Below are positions 1 through 12,322 of a stretch of DNA of 29,093 nucleotides, in pieces. A program made the translations under genes and the position numbers. Below the pieces are notes generated by a model that saw only the letters and a list, made by a program, of their open reading frames with translations, ran no database searches and was not told the DNA's origin. How positions within the stretch are numbered: position 1 is the stretch's first letter; each line of letters opens with the position of its first letter. The stretch comes from Macrostomum lignano. Its lineage: Eukaryota. The stretch covers positions 30,499 to 59,591 of the forward strand of contig NIVC01004994.1 in NCBI GenBank assembly GCA_002269645.1, read 5' to 3'.

Positions 1-291
1 GGTTAATGAGTTTTGCATTAATAAATCAAAGTAATAAGCCTTTGAACGTATAACAAAATTAAAGAAAAAACCAAGGAAACAAGGTGCAAATCTGATCTTG
101 AGACTGGCGCAAGTGGCGAAGTTGTCCGATCCAGCGCGATGTCTGCTTCGCTGCAACAGCAACCAGCTCTTTGCTCTTGGCGAAGAAACGCAATTTTCAC
201 GACGACTGGGAAGTGAGGGGGGGGGGGTTGAAATACGTCAGCCTTGAGGAAATGCGAAATAACAAAGCTGTTTTACACAGGATCCGCCCCC

Positions 292-960
292 CCCAGCCAC
301 GCCAATGTACGCACAGGAGACGAGAGTCAACCCTCCCCTAGCCACGCCAATGTACGCACAGGAGACAAGAGTCAACCCTCCCCTAGCCACGCCAATGTAC
401 GCACAGGAGACGAGAGTCAACCATCCCTAGCCACGCCAATGTACGCACAGGAAACGAGAGTCCCCTCCCCTTAGCGCACGCCAATGTACGCACAGGAGAC
501 GAGAGTCAACCCCTCCCTAGGCACGCCAATGTACATACAAGAGACGAGAGTCAACCCCTCCCCTATTAGGCTCGCCAATTTGCATACAAGAGACGAGAGT
601 CAACCCTCCCCTAGCCACGCCAATGTACGCACAGGAGACGAGAGTCAACCCCTCCCTAGGCACGCCAATGTACGCACAGGAGACGAGAGTCAACCCTCCC
701 CTAGCACGCCAATGTACGCACAGGAGACGAGAGTCAACCCTCCCCTAGCCACGCCAATGTACGCACAGGAGACGAGAGTCAACCCTCCCCTAGCCACGCC
801 AATGTACGCACAGGAGACGAGAGTCAACCCTCCCCTAGGCACGCCAATGTACATACAAGAGACGAGAGTCAACCCCTCCCCTATTAGGCACGCCAATGTA
901 ATACAAGAGACGAGAGTCAACCCTCCCTCCAACCCCGGCTAATGTACAACCGAGAGTCAA
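292..960. repeat. 45-bp minisatellite, about 14 copies (GCCACGCCAATGTACGCACAGGAGACGAGAGTCAACCCTCCCCTA)
   Basis: Direct inspection; the period matches the 15-aa repeat in the ORF track. Confidence 0.95.
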
Positions 961-1830
961 ACATAAACCCATGTAGTCTTACGCAGGCCCCTAAAAACTT
1001 TTAAGAGAATAAAATTTGCAACACTTTTACCCTAAAAAGTCGCGGCAGAATGCGCGCCCCGACAGAGCAAAGAAAACAACCACAACATCAACGTAGTACA
1101 AGTGTTAGGCTATGCTGCGAAATAAATCTCCGAAATACGAGTAGTTTGAACGCGAAAACTGAAACTGCAGTTTTTATTATCGATAATTTATTCTCGCTCC
1201 AATCCGTAGCCATCGACTAAGGAGTGCGGATGTAGACTTTCAGAAAAAATATTATTGTACTTGAAATCGCTGCTTTCAGTGCAACTGAAGGCGAAATATA
1301 TTATATATGCATAGAAACTTAGCAGACAGCTGATGACCCCACAGCGACATTACAAGTAAAGTACATATGCAACATCAAATAGTTTCTCTTCTCTCTCCCT
1401 CCCTAACCTCGTTCGCTCTTTTACGCGGTCGTAAAACTGCTACGCCGATGCTTTTGGAGCTTAACAACTGGACTGTGTACTTTACTCAGCCCAAAATATG
1501 CTTGGCGCATTAATTACAGCCGCGCCTGGAAACACATGAAATATAATTAATTAGGCTTAGTTGAAATTGCCATACTATATTCTGCATAATAAAAATGCCT
1601 AATCTCAGAAAGTACTGCTGTAGTTAGCATTAGCAGAGCCCCCCCCCCCCCCCAGTATAATAATCCAATCCAAGTATACTAAAAAGGAATTAGCACTGAA
1701 TAGGGTTCAAACAAGGTCAACCTATCAGGTCACACATCCGTTCCTGACGCTCTCACTCGTCTTTTGTTAGAATTTTAAGGACACATAGCAATATATACAG
1801 GAATACCAATATCCTATAATACTTTCAGAA

Positions 1831-2710
1831 CATCCAATCTCATGTCTCTTTGTCTAGATTCGGTACATCTAATCTCATGTCTCTGTGTCTAGATTCGGTA
1901 CATCCAATATCATGTCTCGGGGTATAGATTCGGTACATCCAATCTCATGTCTCTGGGTCTAGATTCGGTACATTCAATCTCATGTCTCTGGGTCTAGATT
2001 CGTTACATTCAATCTCATGTCTCTTTGTCTAGATTCGGTACATCTAATCTCATGTCTCTGTGTCTAGATTCGGTACATCCAATCTCATGTCTCGGGGTCT
2101 AGATTCGGTACATCCAATCTCATGTCTCGGGGTCTAGATTCGGTACATCCAATCTCATGTCTCTGGGTCTAGATTCGGTACATCTAATCTCATGTCTCTG
2201 TGTCTAGATTCGGTACATCCAATCTCATGTCTCTGGGTCTAGATTCGGTACATCCAATCTCATGTCTCTGGGTCTAGATTCGGTACATCCAATCTCATGT
2301 CTCTGGGTCTAGATTCGGTACATCCAATCTCATGTCTCTGGGTCTAGATTCGGTACATCCAATCTCATGTCTCTGGGTCTAGATTCGGTACATCCAATCT
2401 CATGTCTCTGGGTCTAGATTCGGTACATCTAATCTCATGTCTCTGTGTCTAGATTCGGTACATCCAATCTCATGTCTCTGGGTCTAGATTCGGTACATCC
2501 AATCTCATGTCTCGGGGTCTAGATTCGGTACATCCAATCTCATGTCTCTGGGTCTAGATTCGGTACATCCAATCTCATGTCTCTGGGTCTAGATTCGGTA
2601 CATCCAATCTCATGTCTCTGTCTCTACATTCCATACGTAGGTACATTTAATCTCATGTCTGCGCATCGACATCCAGTAGTTTGTCTATCGAAACATCTAA
2701 TCTCATATCA
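1831..2710. repeat. 35-bp minisatellite A, about 25 copies (TCTAGATTCGGTACATCCAATCTCATGTCTCTGGG)
   Basis: Direct inspection; diverged edges and homogeneous core. Confidence 0.95.
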
Positions 2711-3243
2711 CTACATCTATCGGCAGATCTAGTCCCATATATTCTCTATATAATCTTTAGCCTATAAATGTCTATACTTGCCCCAGATTTCCAGCATATT
2801 CAACTAGCTAAACGCCAGCAACAAGGAGTCGGACGCAAAAAAGTTATACCGAAAAATTGAAAAACCCAATCGTTTTGCGTCTTTTTCGATCGATAAAAAG
2901 TCAATTTCAAGTTGGCCACACCAGCACGAGACAGAAAAGTAGTGATGTGGTTGAGCTCCATGCGAGGAGGACAGAAAAGCACTTTTCAGTCTGCACACGC
3001 AATGCCATCATCTGCTTCAGATAAAAAGGCGAAATGCTCACTCTATCAAGCACAGCGCATTCTGCACTGGCGACTTGGAGGGAGACTGAAGTCTGAAGCT
3101 GAATAACTCCTGGTGGGAACAGGACACACGGATTTAATGTCTGTCTGTGCTTCAAACGGATCCGTGTCTGTGTCCTGTGTGTCAGTCTGTCTGCTTGTCT
3201 ATCTGCCGGCCGGCCTGTCTGTCTGTCTGTCTGTCTGTCTTAG

Positions 3244-3408
3244 TGCATTTAATTGCGGGAAGCGTTTATGAGGCCTGTGTCTTCAAATTTGTAAAATTAG
3301 ATAGCTGGTTTCGATTACCACCTCAGGGCCAAGGGAAGGTCAGCGAATGCTCACTCCAAGAACAAGAATTTCTGCTTTTGGTAAAAGAAAATCTGTCTGC
3401 CGGGAAGG
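3244..3408 (+). CDS. Candidate exon of an unidentified gene (..HLIAGSVYEACVFKFVKLDSWF..KENLSAGK)
   Basis: (CTGT)n pyrimidine tract + TAG acceptor, open frame, donor AAG G|GTGAGG; phase fits the next candidate exon. No homology recognised. Confidence 0.45.
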
Positions 3409-3514
3409 GTGAGGGCGACTTCGCCTTGGTTTGGTCTAAACAAATTGGTTATGCAATCGGGCACTGAAAGCATTTTATCTGCCGGTTCTTCTTTTTCTTT
3501 TCGTTCTCCGCCAG

Positions 3515-3702
3515 TTTGCTTCGCCTCACTCTTGACAGAGAGAGGCCTCTGCAAGGTTTACCAAATCAATTTCCTCTCCGGATCGGACTATGCTGAGAGA
3601 GTCCTCAATGCTCAATACTGGCTGGTGTTCGAGTGCGTCTCTCTCATGAGAGGCAGACATTTTCAACTAGGAGTCCAGAAGACGTTGGTAGAATATGAGT
3701 AG
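3515..3702 (+). CDS. Candidate exon of the same unidentified gene (VCFASLLTERGLCKVYQINF..QYWLVFECVSL..VEYE*)
   Basis: Strong acceptor ttcttctttttcttttcgttctccgccag; the 106-nt intron 3409-3514 joins into the only one of the three frames that stays open. Confidence 0.45.
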
Positions 3703-3730
3703 AATGATGCAAACTGAAGCAATTTGATCC

Positions 3731-3761
<31 letters not shown>

Positions 3762-3788
3762 GGCAGGCAGACAGGCAGGCAGGCAGGC

Positions 3789-3851
<63 letters not shown>

Positions 3852-3876
3852 TAGACAGACAGACAGATAGACAGGC

Positions 3877-3913
<37 letters not shown>

Positions 3914-3922
3914 GGCAGACAG
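3731..3922. repeat. (GACA)n/(GGCA)n microsatellite
   Basis: Direct inspection; a short opposite-orientation tract lies at 3181-3240. Confidence 0.95.
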
Positions 3923-4287
3923 ACTCACAAGCAGTCCCACCGCTAATCTGCGCCAGCCGAATGGGAATCCCACAAGCTGGCCAGGGTGTCCGAGGCAGAA
4001 TCCCCCACCCCCGCCCCCGCGCGCCTGCAAGCCGTGGGTGGCACCAGAAAAGCTATCCGTCAAAAGAGACGGAGAAAGAAGCAGCGAAACGAAAAGAGGG
4101 AACAGCAGGGTGAGAGAAAATGGCTGAGAAAGTCTGGTTGCAAAGCGTCATAATAGAGAGCGCATTCATGCCCCGCTGGGCTCCCAGTTTCCTCTTTTGG
4201 GAAGCAGTTATTAAGCTGCGTTGGTTGGGGTATGTTTAGTACTTTAATAATTTAGCGGAATTGATGATGGGAATCTTGCGAATTATG

Positions 4288-4415
4288 AATAGATAGATTG
4301 GTCAATAAATTGATAAATAGATAGATTGGTCAATAAATTGATAAATAGATAGATACAGAAGAAAGACAGACAGACAGGTGGGCAGACAGACAGGCAGGCA
4401 GGCAGACAGGCAGGC

Positions 4416-4513
<98 letters not shown>

Positions 4514-4520
4514 TCAGAGG

Positions 4521-4553
<33 letters not shown>

Positions 4554-4577
4554 TCAGAGGGACAGACAGACAGACAG
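4288..4577. repeat. 28-bp duplication (AATAGATAGATTGGTCAATAAATTGATA x2) followed by a (GACA)n microsatellite
   Basis: Direct inspection. Confidence 0.9.
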
Positions 4578-5276
4578 CCCAGGCCACTCACCACAGCTGT
4601 CATGCTGCCGCAGTCAGCTGAAGAAGTCAGTATTGCAATATGATGAGCAGTTTAAAAGCAGTTCTCTTGAATTGTCTGCCCGAAGAAGTGGTGCCCGTCT
4701 TTCAAAAGCTGCAAGGGGAGTCAAGAAGAGAGGCAAAATTCTCTAAGACACAGGCATCATGACGAGGTGTACCTCATTGCTTTCCTAAGTGAGCTGTAAC
4801 CCATGGGTTTATAACAAAAAATGTACCCTACAATCTAGATAGCGCTGGACAACAAACGCATTAGCTTGATAACAACTGCCGGCATAGACTAGAGCAGAAA
4901 GTACACAGACACACAATCTATATAGGAAAGAACAGCGCACACTGCACCCAAGTAACTTCAAATCCTCTCAACCGGGGAATCCTGACGAATAACTTTGGTA
5001 GCCAAAGTAGGAAATAGCGAATTTTCCGCTTCCTACGCCCTGTGCCACTGTCCCCTAAAAGCAGACAGTCAAGTCAGTAAGTTAGCGCGTACAGCTGATT
5101 TGCACTACAGCCTTGGATACTGCAAAACAGACCATTCTACAGGTTTATATTCATAATTCGTAACGTGGCCTTGGGAAAATTTTTCAATATAATAGAAATT
5201 CTTGTGGAACTAAAACAAACTTTATTGACAGACATGCTCAGAATGCATAACTTCTTTCTTTCATAACGATTTAATT

Positions 5277-6733
5277 CAGGGTGTTTAAGGGTTCAAAATG
5301 CAGGGTGTTTAGAGTCCAGAGTGCAGGGTGTTTAGAGTTCAGAATTCAGGGTGTTTAGAGTTCAGAATTCAGGGTGTTTAGAGTACAGAGTGCAGGGTGT
5401 TTAGAGTTCAGAATTCAAGGTGTTTAGAGTTCAGAATTCAGGGTGTTTAGAGTACAGAGTGCAGGGTGTTTAGAGTTCAGAATTCAGGGTGTTTAGAGTA
5501 CAGAATTCAGGGTGTTTAGAGTACAGAGTGCAGGGTGTTTAGAGTTCAGAATTCAAGGTGTTTAGAGTTCAGAATTCAGGGTGTTTAGAGTACAGAGTGC
5601 AGGGTGTTTAGAGTTCAGAATTCAGGGTGTTTAGAGTCCAGAGTGCAGGGTGTTTAGAGTCCAGAATTCAGGGTGTTTAGAGTTCAGAATTCAGAGTGTT
5701 TAGAGTACAGAGTGCAGGGTGTTTAGAGTTCAGAATTCAAGGTGTTTAGAGTTCAGAATTCAGGGTGTTTAGAGTACAGAGTGCAGGGTGTTTAGAGTTC
5801 AGAATTCAGGGTGTTTAGAGTCCAGAGTGCAGGGTGTTTAGAGTCCAGAATTCAGGGTGTTTAGAGTTCAGAATTCAGAGTGTTTAGAGTACAGAGTGCA
5901 GGGTGTTTAGAGTTCAGAATTCAAGGTGTTTAGAGTTCAGAATTCAGGGTGTTTAGAGTACAGAGTGCAGGGTGTTTAGAGTTCAGAATTCAAGGTGTTT
6001 AGAGTTCAGAATTCAGGGTGTTTAGAGTACAGAGTGCAGGGTGTTTAGAGTTCAGAATTCAGGGTGTTTAGAGTCCAGAGTGCAGGGTGTTTAGAGTCCA
6101 GAATTCAGGGTGTTTAGAGTTCAGAATTCAGAGTGTTTAGAGTACAGAGTGCAGGGTGTTTAGAGTTCAGAATTCAGGGTGTTTAGAGTACAGAGTGCAG
6201 GGTGTTTAGAGTTCAGAATTCAGGGTGTTTAGAGTCTAGAGTGCAGGGTGTTTAGAGTCCAGAATTCAGAGTGTTTAGAGTTCAGAATTCAGAGTGTTTA
6301 GAGTTTAGAATTCAGGGTGTTTAGAGTTCAGAATTCAGGGTGTTTAGAGTTCAGAATTCAGGGTGTTTAGAGTTCAGAATTCAGGGTGTTTAGAGTTCAG
6401 AATTCAGGGTGTTTAGAGTTCAGAATGCAGGGTGTTTAGAGTTCAGAATTCAGGGTGTTTAGAGTTTAGAATTCAGGGTGTTTAGAGTTCAGAATTCAGG
6501 GTGTTTAGAGTTCAGAATTCAGAGTGTTTAGAGTTCAGAATGCAGGGTGTTTAGAGTTCAGAATTCAGAGTGTTTAGAGTTCAGAATTCAGAGTGTTTAG
6601 AGTTCAGAATTCAGAGTGTTTAGAGTCCAGAATTCAGAGTGTTTAGAGTTCAGAATGCAGGTTGTTTAGAGTCCAGAATGCAGGGTGTTTAAGGGTTCAA
6701 AATGCAGGGTAGTTAGAGTTCAGGGTGTTTAGA
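5277..6733. repeat. 23-bp minisatellite, about 63 copies (CAGGGTGTTTAGAGTTCAGAATT) with higher-order variant patterning
   Basis: Period 23; variants TTCAGAATTC, TACAGAGTGC and TCCAGAGTGC recur in blocks. Confidence 0.95.
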
Positions 6734-7574
6734 ATCCAAAAAAGACAAAACAATCTGTCGGAGCACTATAAAAGTTTAAATTAACCAAGCCAATTAAAAA
6801 CTGACACTAATCCGGTTGTGTGTCTCAAACGATTAAATCGATAATTTTTCTTATCTGAACAGTCGAGATTGCATTTTAGTTTTACAGGCCAAATACAGGT
6901 GCAAATCGTATTCACGTAGAAAAGCATCATAAATACGCAAGCAAGATAAGCAAATTGTTATCGCATTTTTAGCTTAAATTCCAAATTAACAAAGACAAGA
7001 AAATTTTCGCGTCAAAATAACTATAATTTATATTATCCAATAAGGTTTTAGTAACGCAACAACTAGCACTGTTTATAAATAATTATAGAGTCAACTGAAA
7101 CATCAAAAAGCACAACACAACGATTTGTACCTATGAATTATCGAGCTATTCTTTATTAATAATAATTAGCATAGCATTGTTATTAATATTAGGATCTATA
7201 ACAAACTGAAAGCAAAGCAGGCTAATTACTTACTATAAATTACAATATTATAAAGTAGCAGTATGTGCATCCGAAGAAAGGGTCATGTAACGTCAAACAG
7301 ACACAGAAACCAAGTGTTAAATTAATTAATTTCAATATTTAATTACAATAGATCGGATTTCAGTATACACAATGGACATGGATTGCATTAGGTTTAGTGA
7401 AAGATAGAGAGATGAGATGACACAGTTGAGTATAAGCAATATTAATACAGCGATATAGGAGTGCGCTAAGACGCTTTTTATTGAGACTTTAAAAAGCGCT
7501 CAAGTTTATATATTAATTAATAATCTGAATGACCTCATGACCCAAATCGATTAGAGTCTCAAAATCACCTGCGT

Positions 7575-8130
7575 CTTATATGAGATTAAAGCTTCAGAAC
7601 TTCATCTCCCAACTATGAGATTAGAGCTTAAAGATCTTATCTCTTACCTATAAGATTAGAGCTTCAGAATCTCATCTCTCACCTATGAGATTAGAGCTTC
7701 AGAATCTCATCTCTCACCTATGAGATTAGAGCTTCAGAATCTCATCTCTCACCTATGAGATTAGAGCTTCAAAATCTCATCTCTCACCTATGAGATTAGA
7801 GCTTCAGAATCTCATCTCTCACCTATGAGATTAGAGCTTTAGAATCTCATCTCACCTTTGAGATTTAAGATTTAAAATCTCATCTCTCACCTATGAGATT
7901 AGAGCTTCAAAATCTCATCTCTCAGCTGAGATTAGAGCCCAGATAATCTCATTTCCGCTATGAGATGAAACCTCAAAATCTGAGTTCTCACCTCGCATCT
8001 ATGAGATTAGAGCTCGTAACTCTTATTTCTCACGTCTGAGATAAGAATCTCATATTCACATCTCTTGACACTTATCTATGAGATTAGAGCTTTAATAGGT
8101 GACTTATCTGTCACCTATGAGAATAGAGTT
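7575..8130. repeat. 35-bp internally palindromic minisatellite B (ATGAGATTAGAGCTTCAGAATCTCATCTCTCACCT)
   Basis: Period 35; ATGAGATT/AATCTCAT is an 8-bp inverted pair in each unit. Confidence 0.92.
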
Positions 8131-10740
8131 TAAAATCGCCAGCATAGAGAATTGGTCAAAAAAAACAAATAGACAAATATAACGCGCAAATATTGCTAAA
8201 AATATTTCAGATTATAACACTGGGGAATCTGGGAAGCCAGCATGACTTACCAACGCGTTGCTGAATTTAAATTTAAAAAACCAACCTCTTGCGCGACAAA
8301 CTTTAACAAAAATTTGCGTTCAATAAAACACAACTAGAGGATGCATGCATTAAATTGAATGATTTTAAGATGAGCATTGATGACACAAGGCCGCCAAAGT
8401 ACAAACTATATTGTTAATAATATTGAATAATTACACAGATTTTTTGAAACGGCTAAGGCAGTTTAAAAATCAAGGGTTTGAAGAGAATATTAAATTGGCA
8501 AAAAGTGTAGGCTGTACATGCAATTGCAGTAGTTTAAATAAAAAAGGCTAACTTCTAGCCATATAATAATTAGTCGGCACAATTAGCAATTTTCTTTTTT
8601 TAAAAAGGCGATAACAATTCTATGTAAAAACTCGATTAAAGACATTATAATTAGACTAGTTTTAGATGTAAGGGACAGTTTAAAAAACTTCGAAATTAGA
8701 CAGTCACAGAGACAGACAGGCGCAGGATTAAAAAATCGTTTTTTTCAAATATTTCGTAACAGGATTAATTAAAAAACATCCGAGTGTCTACTCCGGTTTT
8801 TATTTCTAGCAGCAAAAATTATTCAGTCAAATTAGTCAGAACTGCTGTTGCTGTCATTTTTTACTATATACAATGCATACTTTGTTCCATTTCATTCTTA
8901 GTTCTGTACTGGCCCAAGGCCAGGGCATGATTAAACACAGTTAAGCTCTTCCAGACCAGACATAACAGCGTAAAGAGAAGACAATGTTATGACAATACTT
9001 GGCCTATAGTCCTTTTATTATAACACGCACGCTATTATTATTAACAAATGAGCGAGTAAGATAGATAGGAAAAATGATTCTGTGTAAGAATGGGAGGGCT
9101 TGAGCCCGGTGAAGACTGGAGGACTGCGGAGGGGAGGGGGTTCGGATTTGGGGGTTCCGCTTTCCGCCGGCTTGTGTGCACTTACTAATTTTAGGACCAG
9201 CAGTTTGCCTGAAAAACTGACGTCACCGTTGTGTCATGCCCGCTGCCCTCTCCTCTCCATTAAGCTACAACAGTGTAATAAAAGAAGCTAAAACTATTAT
9301 TAACCCCGCCGTCACCCCCTACCCGCTCTCTCTCTCTATCTCCCTCTCGCGCGTTTACTCTTGCTCGCATTAATCTATCCCCCAACACCCCCCAATCTAT
9401 CTGAACCAGCCAAGTGTACATTGGAGAAGCGCGCCGGTCGCCAATGTACGCCGGGGGCCACACACCCACCCCCCGCTGACACAGGAACGCATCTGTACAG
9501 TGTGGACCGGGGTGTGTTGGATAGATAAGAAAGAGAAGGAAAGGAGGAAGGATGAGACAGCACAGTAGGAATCGAAAATGGAGAGGAGGCCTATAGGGCT
9601 CGTATTGGGCCCGTAGAGGTCAACAGAGAGCAAGAAGGGCGCACTACTACTTACTGCACGCACGCAAAACACAACACACTCCTTTTAAGTTTATAGCTTT
9701 AACCACATGGTTAAGCTAAGCTAATCATATATACACGCATTAACCCCTACTGTGTGACGGTTGTATGTATCAAATCGCGCTGTTTCATACTATTAGCATT
9801 AGCAGATGCCCATGCCCACAGGACAAATTTAACTTGCGTGTATCAGCATCTGCCTAGTGCTTGACTGCTTATATATACAACGCAGATACACACTTTATAG
9901 TACAGTATAATATACGGCTATAGCTATATATCTTAACACTTGGCCAGGCAAAGTTGCGACTGACGGGGCACAGTGATACATACAGTTCAAACCCTTACAT
10001 TTTATCTTACAATTTTAGCGCACCACACAGTCACAAGCTAACAGCAACAGCAGCTGGAATATTTTAAGATGTTGCGTCAACGTTTTTTCCCCTTCACTTT
10101 ACATTCTCTATACTTATCTGCTTTTTTATCTACCAGGTCTATCTATCCCTTATCTAGCCCAACACATCTGGGACAACATCATATTCTGTGCAGCCTGGGG
10201 ATTTTAGAGACTTACAAGACTTGAAGATTTAAATAATATATATAATATGTGCAATGCGTATGAGGCGTGGCTTTAGGGGGCTGTACTAATAAACACCGGA
10301 AAACAAGGATTGCGAACTACACAATAACATAACTAGTAATAGAGAAATGGGCAAGAATTAATAAATATCCCAGATTTATAAAGTAAACTGGAATAAGCCT
10401 TAGATTAAATCATTCTCATAATTAAATAAATTATTAACACGCATAAATTAGTTAGCATAAATTATGAATTACTCATACGCTAAAATTTGCCCTGTATATC
10501 ATAGTAATTTGTAATAAAAAAAGTTACAAGGCAGTATGAAAGATATAAACTCACAAAGAATTATATATGTATAAAACTATCAAGACTATTTATATGACAT
10601 AATACAAACTTGAAAGATTAAAAAACAGATCATTCGAAATTCAGGAATACGTAAATGTGTACTATTTATTAGCTTATACAGTTTATTTAATTAAATTTGC
10701 TTAGCACAAATTTAGTCAGTTTAGTGGTCCATTGTCATGG

Positions 10741-10815
10741 TCACCAGTTGCACTTTGACAGGGTCATAAAGTACACCTGCGAGCCGTTGCCTGACTTGGC
10801 GCTGGTGAAGAATAC
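10741..10815 (-). CDS. MAP4K4: MAP4K4/Msn terminal coding exon 4 (VFFTSAKSGNGSQVYFMTLSKCNW*), below the ORF-track cutoff
   Basis: ctcag|GTA acceptor; matches the conserved family C-terminus VFF.S...G..QVYFMTL...W; TGA at 10741-10743. The four exons total 3549 nt = 1182 aa + stop. Confidence 0.93.
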   Translation of the reverse strand, partial: VFFTSAKSGNGSQVYFMTLSKCNW

Positions 10816-11169
10816 CTGAGAGTTATAATAATAATAATAATACCAAATTAATAAATAAAAATATCATTATAAGTCAGATAAACGAGAAGGATAGTTTAGG
10901 GATAGAAAATGTTGCGTCATAAAAAAACTACTTCACTGATTACGTAATAAGCATGGATGCCCGAGGCTGGGCAGGGAACTCTGAGAGAAATATAGAAAGC
11001 CAATCGAGCTTAGAAAATGTCTCTACAGACCACAGGGAGTTAGCGATTAGCTAGGATGGCAAGCCAGCAAACTGCGCAAAATGCTTCAATGCATGCAGCT
11101 ACCAAATATAGATTGCAAGTTTGTTCATCTAGTTGAACACGCAGAATTTTTTCCAGAAACTAAACACCC

Positions 11170-11660
11170 ACAGAATTCCCCTAAAATGTTAAATCCACAG
11201 GAGAATTCTCCTAGAGAATGATAATCTACAGAATTCCCCTAGAGAATGTTAAATCCACAGTAGAATTAATTCCCTTTAAGAATGTTAAATCCACAATAGA
11301 TTTCCCCTAGAGAATGTTAAATCCACAGTAGAATTCCCTTTAAGAATGTTAAATCCACAATAGATTTCCCCTAGAGAATGTTAAATCCACAGTAGAATTC
11401 CCTTTAAGAATGTTAAATCCACAATAGATTTCCCCTAGAGAATGTTAAATCCACAGTAGAATTCCCTTTAAGAATGTTAAATCCACAATAGATTTCCCCT
11501 AGAGAATGTTAAATCCACAGTAGAATTCCCCTTAAGAATGTTAAATCCACACGAGAATTCCCCAAAGAATTTTTAATCCACAAGAGAATTTCCCTGGAGA
11601 ATGTTAAATATACAGGGGAATTCACCTAGAATCATTAACCCAGACAGAATTCCCCTCAAA
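11170..11660. repeat. 32-bp minisatellite with an alternating two-variant (64-bp) core, in MAP4K4 intron 3
   Basis: AATGTTAAATCCAC recurs at 11281, 11313, 11345 and 11377, with alternating AATAGATTTCCCCTAG and AGTAGAATTCCCTTTA. Confidence 0.92.
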
Positions 11661-11764
11661 TGAACCTAAACAGTAAAACACATAGGTCTCTCAAAAAGAA
11701 ACTAAGGCACCCAGATAATTCCTCTCAGAAACTGATCCGCTGCTCAAAGCCTATTAAGACTCAC

Positions 11765-12322
11765 CTTGTCGCTCTTCTCGCACAGGAACTTGAGCTTCTG
11801 CTCCCGCCGGTGCATGAACACGCCATCCAATTGTCCAGTGTCCACAGCCCGAATCTCAATGGCTTTATTGCCCCAGCCCATAAACTGGCCAGTGCTGATA
11901 TAAGCAACACTTGAAGGCGGCTCGGCCCAGTGCACCACAACGTCCTTGAGCCGGCGTCCATTGGTGTCGTAATACACACCTTCGTTATTGTACAGAAGCA
12001 ACAGGTGCCGTCCCTGACTGTCCGGCAGGATTACAATAGCGTGAGGCTTAACATCTCCCGGATCAACTGAGCTCGGCACGAACACATCTAAATAGGCATT
12101 CGAATCCAGGTCGATAGCGTGAAATCCGCAGTTGGATCCGTACAGTACCTTCATCTTTGTATCGTTCTCGAATGTTAAATCAACCGTGATTGGCGTGTAG
12201 GGCAAACCCGTGAACGATTTGAAGGCCATGAACTGGTTGTTGGGCTTGGGCGCCCAGGCATACAGTTCGATGCTGTCCTTCAGGGCTATCACTAGGAATT
12301 TGATGCGCTCGTAACGGACAAC
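11765..12322 (-). CDS. MAP4K4: MAP4K4/Msn coding exon 3 (CNH domain)
   Basis: cgcag|GTT: [62 protein letters not shown], then AAG|GTGAGT; 558 bp, phase 0 at both ends. Confidence 0.96.

Noticed and set aside
139-212. Possible first exon ATG..GGG AA|GTGAGG
   Set aside because: Could not be joined in frame to any downstream acceptor; no homology recognised.
238-942. Repetitive ORFs of 60-152 aa on both strands
   Set aside because: Translations of the 45-bp satellite; the period is divisible by 3, and frames shift at indels.
1639-1652. Poly-C run (and poly-G run at about 217-227) as G-quadruplex candidates
   Set aside because: Isolated homopolymers of uncertain length in the assembly; no supporting context.
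3644-4746. VCLS/RQTD repeat ORFs
   Set aside because: Artefacts of the (GACA)n microsatellites.
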